Part shown: in pieces, positions 11,489 through 22,351 of the stretch
How positions within the stretch are numbered: the first letter of the stretch is position 1
Layout of the letters: each line of letters starts with the position of its first letter
DNA from: Amoebophrya sp. A120
Lineage: Eukaryota; Protista; Dinoflagellata
NCBI GenBank assembly: GCA_905178155.1
Contig: CAJINV010000001.1
Span: 14,315,984-14,379,983, forward strand
Length of the DNA: 64,000 nucleotides
Direction: 5' to 3'
Translations under genes and position numbers: made by a program
Notes under the pieces: model-generated
Database searches by the model: none
What the model was told of the DNA's origin: nothing
The model's input: the letters and a program-made list of their open reading frames with translations, nothing else

Positions 11489-14400
11489 TCAATGCTTAGA
11501 CTCCAGTCGGCTAACGGGTGCGTTAGCAAAGCTCTGCGGCACAAAGTCGACCGCCTTGCCGTTTACAAAATACCGAACGTGTATTACGGGATCTGGCTTC
11601 GTTTCAAGATCAACCTCGCGCTCCTTGTGGCCATTTCGAAAAAAGTGCACGTTTCCCTTCGGACTCCCGGGTGGAGGACTGCGAGGCAACGGCCGAAACT
11701 CGCCGACTGTTGGGTCCCACTTCCCTTGAACGAAATAGCGGGTATCTGAGTTCTGCTTCTCGATCGTGAGAGAGTTCTGGCGACTCAAGGGATTTGAAGT
11801 TGCCCGTTCCAGTGCAGGCACTCCGGCAGAAGAAGCACCAATCGGCGAAGTAGGATAAACATCGTTGCCACTGGCGTTCGTGGCGCTCACCAGGGAGACC
11901 TCGTCTGAAGCTGGGAAGTAAAACGTGCTGCCCCCACTGGAGCGACCACTACCTCCGTCCGCACCAGACGCCTGCCGCACAACACTGATTTGCACTTTGT
12001 GCGTGGAAACCGGAGCGCTAGCGAGGCCGGCCGTGCAAAACTCGCTCTGGCGCGTACGCTCGTCATACTGCAATCCTTCATGCAAAGGGAAAAGCCCCAC
12101 CATCGAGCCTGGCGTCTCCGGACGGAAAAAGTGCAAATCGTCTTCCAATTCCGGAAAGTCGATTTCTTCCAACGCTTGCAAAATGCAGCTCCTCCGGTAG
12201 ATGCGAAACTCGAGTTGACTTCGCGTCAGCAACGCTGCGTAGGGCGACGCAGTAAAAGCGCCGACTGTAGTTGTCGGTTTCGCTTGTGGTGCGGAAGGAT
12301 TTCTTGTAAAGCTACCTCCGCCTCCTGCAGTTCTTCCTCCATCAGTACTGCTGCCTTCACTGGAGGCCGTCGCGTCGGTCCGGAACACATCAATTGCCCG
12401 GCCACTCCTAGCACCTCCGCCGGACGTCGATGAAGGGGAACTGCTTCCGCCTCCGTCGGTCGTCGCAGTGGTCGACACAGCGGCGTTTGACCGCTCGCCG
12501 CGCATCCAACGACCTGCCGCTAGGCGGTCCGCCACTGCCTGGTGGTTTCCCTGCGGCGCTCCTGCACCAGAGGAAGCGCCAGCGCGAGCTGCTTGGTCCC
12601 CGCTCATCATGACTTCCATATAGGCCGTGAGCTTGCTGTCGGCCATCATGCGCGACTTCAGATCCGACCGCAGCCACAGGTTGCGGTCCGGGTCCAGCGC
12701 CGCCGTGTCCGAGAGCGCAGCCGACGGGTAGCTCTCCATGTACGTGACTCCATCCGCCCCGGCAAACACGGCCGATTCCCGACCCTGCTGCTGCTGGTAA
12801 AAGGAATTCATCGGCGTTTGAAAGAACTCCTCGGGGTTTGGGATCGTGGCCCTCGTCGGCCGCTGCAGCGTCGCAACCTGGGGCGCGTTCGCGTCGAACA
12901 TCACATTCTTCGCCTGCAGGGGAGGAATTTTGGAGTTCGTCCGGGGCAACAAGTTGCTTTCGTTCGTTCTTTCGGTAGAAGAAGTATCGACCTCCAGACG
13001 CTCCACGCCGTCTTCGTTCACAATCAGGACGCGTGGGAGCGGCGTGCCGTCGTTCTCAAGAAGATCCGCGTCGTCCTCCTCAACGATCAAATCTTGGGCG
13101 ATTTCGTGATTGCGATGCCCGGATTTGGTGTATGGAGTGACGTCGTACAAGGCGTAGTAGAGAACATCCATGCCGTTCTCGCAATCTTGGACCAGCTTCT
13201 TCAACGATCCGGCTGCTTCACTTCCCCCGCTCTTCAAATTTGCTACTTTTGCTTGAGTTGCAGCTTGTTTACCTTGTTTCTTGCCGGTACCGTTGGATGT
13301 TGAAGAAGCAGATGCTACTGTGCTGTCCTCGGAATTCGTTCGCGGCCTGCTTCTCGGCGGCACCGTTGCCCTTGTAGTCGCCGTGGTGGAACTCGCTGTA
13401 GACGCAAGTGTACTCAAGTTTGAGTTTGTACGGGCGGCCGCGGCAAGTTTTGACGTCGTCACCGTTCTACTCGTGGTCGTTCCGCGTGCGTGCGCAGAGT
13501 GCAATGTCCAACCGTCAAACATGTTCAAGTCGTCCGCAGCTTCACTCGAGGCAGCGTAGGAGCTGAGTCGCACTTCTTGCGATCCAAGCTTGTGCCCGGC
13601 ATGTTGCTCCCCACTATCTGACATGGCGGTGGAAAATTTTCGTTCTGGATAAGAAGCGGGTCCTTGAAGCACGATCTCGCTGGGGGTACCGCGACTGTCA
13701 CCGTCTTGCTGAGGCGATTGCTTTTTTCCGCCCGAGGAGGAGGACCCGCTGGCAGCTTCTTGCGGCATGCTTGGTGGCGCAGTGGCCTCCTTCTTGCCTT
13801 CTGTATCCTCCTGTTTGATTTTTTCCACGAGTGCCCGCTCCATCTTGCGCAGGATCCGCCGGGTGTGCGTCAGGCAAAGCTGCAGATTGGAGTGGTCAAT
13901 GAACAACCCGCAGACCATCAAAGTGCGACTCAAGTTCACCACCTCGTGTGGGGTCTGGGCCGGATTGAACAAAACTTCGCCGGCCTTGAGAACAAAGTCC
14001 AGGCGCCGGGGACGCGGGCGCGAGGGCGGATGGGATTTTTCCAGCTCCTCCAATTTTTCCACACTGGGAAAGGCGAACGGCGGCTCCTCGTGTGTCGGCG
14101 TCGGATGCAGGAGGTGCGCGTCGTCCGGGTGAAACAAGGTCCACTTCTTCTCGCCCTCCACCAGGTAACACCAGAAGTTTGTCGGCCAGGGGTCGACGTG
14201 CAGCGCCGTTTTCGTGCCGGTGTTGCCGAGGAACAGCGAGGGATGCACGTACGCGCTGCCGTGCAGGGTTTTATTCCGCGTGCGGTGCTTGAAGCAGTGA
14301 AGAAAGTACGCCGGCACCCGGACGTGCTTCTGGAACATCCAGGGAAACTGGGTCGCAATGGCCGAATCCTTCAGGTACACCCCGCCTTTGGAAGTCGCGG

Positions 14401-14860
14401 TCGAAGGAGGAGGAACAGAGGAGGAGCCTGAGCTGCCGCTGTTTTCAGCTACAACTACCTTGGCCTTGGCTTGTCTTTCCGCTTCGCAAGCGTCGAATTC
14501 AGCAAGGAACTCGGAGAATGTCGCATCCTTTTCAGTGTCGTCGGCGTTTCGGATCGTCAAGACCAGATTGCCACGGACCTGCTTGCGCAAAAAGTCGATG
14601 CTCAGTGCGTTTTCCATGTAATTTCCGATGCCCTCGTAGTTCAGCACCTGAGGTCCCATGCCCTCAATCACAATGGGGTTTCTGAAAGTCTGGATTTTAC
14701 GACGAAACTCGGCGACGGACAAAGCGCTCCAGTGGTATCGCTCGACGCGATACGGAGCACCATGGTGCGGAGGATGTTGTTGTCCAGGGCGGGGCTGCTG
14801 CGAGGACCCACCACCGCCTCCGCGCGAGGAGGTGGCGGCGGGGGCCATTGGCTGCTTCAT
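11489..14860 (-). CDS. JmjC-domain 2-oxoglutarate/Fe oxygenase (JMJD4/JMJD6-like) with long low-complexity tail
   Basis: 1123-aa ORF. VYLKD, GTKTALHVDPW (HxD), LVEGEKKWTLF and AGEVLFNPAQTPHEVVN (distal His). Confidence 0.85.
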   Translation of the reverse strand: MKQPMAPAATSSRGGGGGSSQQPRPGQQHPPHHGAPYRVERYHWSALSVAEFRRKIQTFRNPIVIEGMGPQVLNYEGIGNYMENALSIDFLRKQVRGNLVLTIRNADDTEKDATFSEFLAEFDACEAERQAKAKVVVAENSGSSGSSSVPPPSTATSKGGVYLKDSAIATQFPWMFQKHVRVPAYFLHCFKHRTRNKTLHGSAYVHPSLFLGNTGTKTALHVDPWPTNFWCYLVEGEKKWTLFHPDDAHLLHPTPTHEEPPFAFPSVEKLEELEKSHPPSRPRPRRLDFVLKAGEVLFNPAQTPHEVVNLSRTLMVCGLFIDHSNLQLCLTHTRRILRKMERALVEKIKQEDTEGKKEATAPPSMPQEAASGSSSSGGKKQSPQQDGDSRGTPSEIVLQGPASYPERKFSTAMSDSGEQHAGHKLGSQEVRLSSYAASSEAADDLNMFDGWTLHSAHARGTTTSRTVTTSKLAAAARTNSNLSTLASTASSTTATTRATVPPRSRPRTNSEDSTVASASSTSNGTGKKQGKQAATQAKVANLKSGGSEAAGSLKKLVQDCENGMDVLYYALYDVTPYTKSGHRNHEIAQDLIVEEDDADLLENDGTPLPRVLIVNEDGVERLEVDTSSTERTNESNLLPRTNSKIPPLQAKNVMFDANAPQVATLQRPTRATIPNPEEFFQTPMNSFYQQQQGRESAVFAGADGVTYMESYPSAALSDTAALDPDRNLWLRSDLKSRMMADSKLTAYMEVMMSGDQAARAGASSGAGAPQGNHQAVADRLAAGRWMRGERSNAAVSTTATTDGGGSSSPSSTSGGGARSGRAIDVFRTDATASSEGSSTDGGRTAGGGGSFTRNPSAPQAKPTTTVGAFTASPYAALLTRSQLEFRIYRRSCILQALEEIDFPELEDDLHFFRPETPGSMVGLFPLHEGLQYDERTRQSEFCTAGLASAPVSTHKVQISVVRQASGADGGSGRSSGGSTFYFPASDEVSLVSATNASGNDVYPTSPIGASSAGVPALERATSNPLSRQNSLTIEKQNSDTRYFVQGKWDPTVGEFRPLPRSPPPGSPKGNVHFFRNGHKEREVDLETKPDPVIHVRYFVNGKAVDFVPQSFANAPVSRLESKH

Positions 14861-15678
14861 GGATTCGTTGATTTAGGTGGTGCTTTAACTTTCGCAAACA
14901 ACACAATCTAGTGATTTTCAGTGTAACAATGATTATTTTGATAAAGTATGTTCGATCTTCAGGTTTTGTTTTTGGAAATCATGTTCATGATCATGCGCCC
15001 ATAGGAAGGGCCTTTATGTTGAGGATAACGTTAAAGGGAAAAGGAATAAAAATACCCAAGATCTGCATGCGCAATATGGAAATGTAGTCGTGACGCTAAG
15101 ATATTATTTTTTTTGAAAACTAGATGCAAAAGCAAAACAACCTGCGCGTGCTCCTCGTGCATTGACCGACAAACGATCCACGTGCACACCCATGAGGCGG
15201 GGCATGATACTACGCACTCGCAACGAAAAGCGAGGGCACCATCACGAGAAACCGACTCATCATTTAAGCCAAGTGTTGTACTACCGATTGCGCGACTTTG
15301 GCTTTCGTCAGCACCGACAGCGACAACATATTTTGGTACAGATGATACCGAAAGTTGCACAGGAGAAGATCATATCGACCATAAAGTTACCGAAACTAGA
15401 GTGTTTTTTCACGAACCGATGTTCACCCTTGTCTCCATGGGTCAGAGTCAGTTCGTTGTCTCAAGGACGATTGTAGATGTAAACAAGGGCTGCAATGTGC
15501 CTGGAGTCAGTTTCGCAACGCGGATAGGAAGAACCGTGACGATATGTGTTGCTCTCGTGGGAGTTCTGATACTGATTCTATTCATTATGTGATGCGTCTA
15601 TGTTTAGTTGTCTTGCACTTGTATGCGACGTAGACACTCATCAAAACATATCATGTTAAGGTCCTCGTACATCTTCCA

Positions 15679-18184
15679 CTAACCAGGATTCTGGACGCTA
15701 TGACCCGCTAGGCCAGCACGAATCTCTTCCTCCAACGCACCATCGCGCTGCAGGCTGTCGCCGGTAAAAGCCTCACCCGTGATTGGGCAGACGTCGCCAC
15801 TGGCCGCAGCCCACGCTTGCAGCGTGGCAAGTTCGTAGAAAAACAGTTCACCAGTGCTTGGAGACAGAAACCGGACAGGGTTTGTCATAATTCGCCCATC
15901 AATGTGACAGCGCCAATGAGGCGGAATGGCGTCCGGGTCCATCATGCTGAGCGACGAGTTTCCAACGTTTTGAAGAAGGTTTGGCTGTTTATTTTCATCT
16001 GGGGCTGAGACATCTGACTTCCCCGCCCCTGCTGTGTCGTTTGCTATTGAGGAGAGCACGGCCCCCACATGCGTCTGCTCATCAATCGCGACGACTGCCG
16101 TTGAAGCCTCCAAGAGAAGAGCTGGGTCGTCGCGGTACCTCTGTTGCGTCTCGTAAAATTCAAGTCCCGGAGGCGGAAAGTCCTCGGAGCTGTGAACCAT
16201 TCTCTGAGGACTGCTTACCGGTTCGTCGTCCGTTTGGCGAGTGTGGACGTCATAGGCATCGCCCGCCAGCTGTTCCGCGCGTGCGGCTGCTGGTGCGCCG
16301 CCAGCGTGCTGGTCACTATCAGCTGCGTCGAACAGGAACTCGTCAAACTGCGCTGTTGCGGCGTGCTGTTCTGACCAGTACTCTGCGACGTCCTGTTTTT
16401 TTCTGTACACGTAGAACCGACTTAGCCAGGGGATGACCACCCGCCAAAACGCATGGGGATTCGCGGAGCAGTTGGCGACAGGCGCAAAGAAGGTTTCGTA
16501 CAGATATTGCTGGTGCATCGCCTGCTGTTCCTCCGTGGCGTTCGCTCCGGTGTCGTCTTCCAGCGGAATGGTGAGCAGCACGAGTCGTGCGTGTGCCGCT
16601 GGCTGCACTTCCCCAGCGAAGTGATGGAACGACCAGTAGCGGGGGGTGTTGGAGTGCAGCGGGCCGCGATCCTGCACGAGCAAATCTTCGGGAAGCAGGC
16701 TGCCTTCCATCACGATCCGGGGGTCGAGCAGCTTCAGGGCTAGCAGCGCGTCTAGCATTTCCGGAAACAGCTTGTCCCAGGGCGAAACCACTTTTCCGCT
16801 GAAAAACAGCTTCTCGTGCACAAAATCCACTACGTGCTTCCCGTACAACCGCAAGTGTCTCTTCAGCCGCTTGAAGAAAGTTTTGTGCTTCGCGGTTGCC
16901 CACAGGACATACCTCGGGTCGGTCAGCATGTCACACATCTCCCTCGCACAGCGGCACAAACACGAAAACACCACTCGAAATTCCTCACTACGAAGGCGAA
17001 GTTTCTCGCTTTGGTAAGTGTTAGCATTCGCCTGCGCCTTCGCGTTCGGCGTTGGTGAAGACATTACTTCCCCAAAAGACTGGTATCCCATGAGGTTCGC
17101 TTCCTCGTCGTCGCTTTCGGCGTAGGCTTCGTGAAACAGCACCTCGGAGACCCGCAACATTTTGTCCAAGAGTTCCTCCTCCACGAACGCCATCGACAGT
17201 CTCCGTTTGAATTCGTACAAATCGTGCAGCGCGCCCGTCTCTTCGGCTACTCTGGTTTGCCGCTTTTTCGCCACGGCATCTGCGCCCTTCAGATTTTCCT
17301 TCGCGACCCACAGTTCCGCGACGCTGCGCGCGATGCAGGGCTCCATGTTGAGCAGCAGGCGGGCCACCGCGACCGGAAACCTCGGTTCGTGGCCGCAGAG
17401 CTCCAGAAACATGGAGCCGGAGAGCGCGCTGCAGTTCAGACACTGGCACAACACGCGCCACATGGCCTGGCAAGTGAGCCTCCCGGCAGTCCCGCTGAAG
17501 GCCGCTTCGCCGCCGCCAAGCACCACCTCGCGGAGCACATAGTCGAAACTCTCCGCGATTTGGGCAAGCAGCAGCTCCCCGACCGTTATCGAGTCCGTCG
17601 TCTCGGTGGACGCACTGGCCAAAATCCCCAATAGCTCCGGCGCCGCGGGATCCGTGGGCTGTACGTTATTCCTTGAAAAGAAGGTAACCATCCCCAACCC
17701 CATATCAGTCAACTTTTTGCATGACAAAGACCACCGACGACCTGGCACTTTCTCCACGCCTAGCATGACAAATTGGATGGAAGTGGTTAATTTTCAGGGA
17801 ATACACGTGGTCGAGTTCGAACAGCAAGACCAGACTGTTGAACACGTGCAAAAACGGCTCCGTCGGAAAAGCCTCCCCGAAGACAAACGCCACGGTCTGA
17901 ACGCTTTTTCTGTGCGCTTCGACCAGCGCTGGTAGGGCGCTGACCACGACCCGCAACACGTCGCGCGCAAACCGGTCTTGCGTCGCTTGATACGTTTCCA
18001 CTAGACCGGCGTCGGCGGAAAGAATGCGGCCCATCGCTTCCTTGATTTCGGAGGCGTCCTCGATTGTTTGATTTGGATTTTCACCCACTGCATCTGTACC
18101 TCCGAAGAACTCAACCTCGAATACTTTGTACAAAAGGCCCAGCTCCAGCTGCACCACGCCCGCAATGCGGCCCGAACCAGCCAT
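15679..18184 (-). CDS. U-box domain protein (putative E3 ligase), two exons split by introner E3
   Basis: C-terminal IPPHWRCHIDGRIMTNPV...YELATLQAW...CPITGEAF...LEEEI fits a U-box. ORFs 17705-18466 and 15679-17766 join as LFELDHV|QPTDP after removing E3. The start ATG at 18184 is a guess. Confidence 0.75.
17667..17803. mobile_element. E3: TIR introner, 137 bp
   Basis: TIR TATTCCTTGAAAA / TTTTCAGGGAATA. TSD TACGT (17662-17666) versus CACGT (17804-17808), 4 of 5 matching. Two GCATGACAAA copies inside. Excision restores the frame. Confidence 0.85.
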
Positions 18185-19158
18185 TTTGTGTATCCAAGAC
18201 GCTTTTTTTGGGTCTTGCGGATTTTTTCGGGGACTACATCTGCTCAAGTTCATTTTTACATTCGGTGTAGTTGCTGTAGCGTCATCTTCTGGACACTTGC
18301 ACCACTGTTCGTTGGACAATGACCTCCACAAAAGAAAAACGAAACGCCAACTCCTTTTCCTGCCACTGCAGTGCAGCACGCTCAGGCTCTCATTTTTTGA
18401 AAATAGAAGCAGTCGTCCTGGTTGATTGCTATCCTCTGAGAAAAAGAACAACGAAGACGAACACATGAGAAGCGGTTTCAGAATGAATCTTCAGACCTTA
18501 ACCTTCAGGTCGGCCCGTAGCTCCGTGCTTCCCCCGTGGTCCACAATCACCCCGCATCACGAAGCGCGAAATCCTTTTACCTTTTTATCAAGATCAACCC
18601 AAGTAGAAAGAAGTAATCATTGTCGTAGCTGCATTTTTCGGTCGAGGTCGAGCGAAACGCACAGATCTGCAATGCGAGTGCACTTGAAGGTACATGCAAA
18701 GACAAAATTGTTCGTTTGGTCGTACCCAAATTGTTGCTTTACCTGGTCTTGGAGGTTGACATTCGGCAGTCAAAACTCATAGAATTTCCAGAATAAGCCA
18801 GGATCACGATATACTGCATTTGTTAATTCATCTGGTGCGTTTTAGACAGAAAGAAGAAAATTTGAATTTCAAATCAATCATGCACTGCAGCCATGATACA
18901 TAACATTGCGATACTTACGCTTACGGTTGGGGAACCGTAGCTGCAGTGCCGCGAAAAAACAAAATTACACTCTTCCGGTTCGCCCATGTGGGGGAGAGTG
19001 AAAAAATAATGGCACGAAATTGTACATCAGGGATATCCAAGATCATTTTTAGAGCAAACTCAAAACGGTCTTGAGCGGAAAATTTTTTATGAGGCCTAGT
19101 TATCGATCCCGATCGTCGGTCAAGCTTAATCGGTCCACCTCGCTGCTGCAATTCGTGC

Positions 19159-21327
19159 TCAGAACGACCCTTTCCGCTGCGACGTCGTGGGCAGCGTCAA
19201 GCGGTAGATTTTGGAGAACTCTTCCGGCGACATCGCGAACGCGGCGTTCGTCTGCGTTGACACGACGACGTAATCACCGTGCTTCAACGTCTGCATCTCC
19301 CCCCAGGGGGACAGTAAAAACCTCGCCGCGATTTCGGTGTCGCTTTCCTGCCAGATACTGGTGAGCTGCCCCAGGGCATTGTGCGTTAGCCGCACAGCTT
19401 TGATGGGGGACGTCGGCGCATAGGTTTGGTATCCGATCACCGGGTCGAAGCGGCTCTCGAATTCGACCTTGAAGAAGAAAAAGAGCTATGTTGACTATGT
19501 TGATAATTTGTCTAGTAAAATGAAGAACAACCACGCCCAAGTGCACCTGCACATTTTCCTCATTCTTCACACAAAATGGCATTTCCAAGAAATTTTCATG
19601 TGCGACTCAGCTTTGGAAGCCCAGTACCCCTCTATCCAGAAGATACTAGCACTATCCAGATGTTGAACATACTAGCACTATCTGGTACTGGTTCTGCTCG
19701 AAAATAAAAAGATGATGAGTACAACTGGTGCGTTGAAGATGTATACCGATCCCATTTCAGTGTTCGCTTCCTTTTCTTCCTTCGATGCGAGTGTGTACAT
19801 GCCACCACGGCCTGCAGGACCAGATCGTTTCGCTGTGAAGAAGGCCGTTGCTCGGTCTCTCAACTCGTACTCCCCTGCTTGTGCTTGCTCCGCTGGTCCC
19901 GAGGCGGAGGTGGACAACGCCCCTTGAGCTGAATTTGTTTGACCGCCAGCCGTAGTTCTCAGCCGGTTTGCGTCTTTCAGCATACTGTTGACAACAGTAG
20001 CCAGCCGCTTTTGTTCTGCACGGATGACGCGGTCGATGACTTTGTCCATAGGTAGCTCGTCGTCGTTCATTAAGTGATCCATTAGGCGGGCCAACTTATC
20101 ATTGAATTGGTGCGGCCCAAGAGGGCGGGATACAGCTTCTGCACCCGGAGACGATGCGGAAGCTGCCTGTGCGCCAGTTTCTCTTACTTTCCCCACCGCA
20201 GTTGTACTGCAGGACACTGGTTTTTTGTTTTTCGGACTTCCGGGGAGATATGCAACTAACCCAGGATGCAAGCAGCGGTAAGGTTTATCTGAAGCCACTT
20301 CCCCTGGCTGCAACCACCGGGCCGTTCTGGGAAGGAACATGTGAGAGATCAACTCGTTTGCGAACGATGGACTTGTCTCACTACCAGCTGTTGATGCGCC
20401 GCCCTTGTTGCTTTCAGGATCAGGAAAGAAAGGAGACGCAGACGGCATAGCGACATTTTTGCTTGTTTCTGGTGCCAGATCAAGTTCGAGGGGCAGCACG
20501 AGGTGGCTGCTTTCCCTTGTCATCTCGGCTTTGTCGACTATGTCCTGGTACATTTTTGGCGGCGGCTCCAGAAAATTTTTCGTCGGGAAAAGCGCCTGCG
20601 TTTTCAAAAATGGCGGCGCGATGGGAAGCGAACTGCCGCTGTTCCCTCTTCCCGCATTTGCAACATAACTGTTGGAATACGTAAGATCCGAGGCACGTGG
20701 TGCTGGTATTGCTACTGGGCGAGATGAGAAGCATGCTGTTGACTGACGGTCCTTTGATCGCACGTAGTTCGTTGCCATGCTTGCAACACCACAACTGCCA
20801 GACAGAAACAGCAGGGGACGGTAGTCTGCTTGTGCATGATCCTTGTTTCCTGCATAGTACTTACTTTTGGATGATCCACTTCCGCTGCCTTGTTGGTCAG
20901 CGTTGCTTAGGTTTGCGCCCTCGAGTCCGGTCTCGCTCTCTGCGACGGGTGGGCCGCGCGGGAGCCTGTCGTCCAGAAATTTCTGCAAACGCCGCTGCTT
21001 CGGGATCAGGTTGCGGGCAAAGTTACGGCGGACTCGGTACAGGTGCGCAGCTTTTGCAGCAGCGAAAAGCAAATCGGGATTGCTAGTAGGATTGCTGTAC
21101 CAGGACACGGAGAAACAGGCGAGAGACACAACGACGCGAACAAGAGACAAGAAATTCATCGGGACCAACATCCTGTCTTTGACCTTGTTACCAAGAAGAT
21201 CACGACACGGCGACAGCGAACAAGGAAAGTCGAGCGACAAGGAGGAAGTCGACAATCGGGATCTTCTGATGCTGCACTTCGTATTCTGTTCCGTGTGAAA
21301 AAGTTTTTTTTTTTTAAACTTCTGCAA
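19159..21327 (-). CDS. Unknown protein, two exons (canonical intron 19468-19746), small conserved-looking C-terminal domain
   Basis: TCG|GTATAC ... TTCAAG|GTC joins MGS|VEFESRFDPVIGY in frame. N-terminal hydrophobic stretch. The real start may be MLVPMNF. Confidence 0.6.
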
Positions 21328-22351
21328 GAATGATTTGATTGGTTGATGCAGGCGTAGCGCTTTGATCTCCTCGAGCTCGAAGAACTTGCGTCATGCAATT
21401 ATTTGTGCTCCGACGAGCGTCTTTGTATCGCGGCGAACATCCGTGGCTGACCTTCAACACGTGAACAACGCTCATTCGTGGGTGCCAAAAAGGCACAAAT
21501 TGGCATTCACATTGCAGCCCAGAGGTTCCACTATAGAAAATTTTTCGAGCGAAATGTACAGTAACTCGCGCATCTTTTTGTTCATATCATAACCATACAT
21601 GATCGTTGCTGGGTCACAATAACCATCTTTTCCTGGATTTCATCTCCGCAAAATCGCTTTAGCAGCTAGTCTTGATTTTGTTTGTACATTTCATATTCAA
21701 GTAGCACGCGTGCACATGGGTCTTTTGTTTTTAAGCGAGGATGCAGCTACCAATTCAGATTGATAGAGCCGATTGATGTGCGACAGAATTACAATCAGAA
21801 TCTGAGGTCTAATCCTCCGGCACAAACAACGAATATACAACTTACACTGTCTGTTTAAGTAGCACAAGGTAGTAGTGAGGCGCTGCAATGCCCATGCCTC
21901 TAGTTCCTACGTTTTTACTTCTCGTCGCAGAGCAAAGTGCCACCAGTTAGAATGGCCTGTAGACTCATTGTTTGAACGAAAAGAAGAGCGAGACAGTAAT
22001 TGCTGTCTCTCAGAACAAAGGTTTAGCTCGGATAATTTTCTTGGAAGTTGGGGTACAAAGGTAAGGACGAAACTAGAACTAGGTGCAAAATGATGAAACG
22101 AGTTATGAACAGAAAGAGAAACAGAATCAGAATATGCAATTTTTGAAAATGAGTACGCAGCAGCTTTACGTGAAGTTGAATCATGCAATTGTCTGAAGAT
22201 AAAACAGAAACTACTTTTCTTATTTGTCATTCTCTACGTCTTCCTACAAGTTTCCTTGCGACACACACACACACACGCAGTTGAGTTTTTCATCCACGCC
22301 TATAGCTAAGTATACATGCAGTCAATTACAATGTCAACAAGCGCCGGCCAC

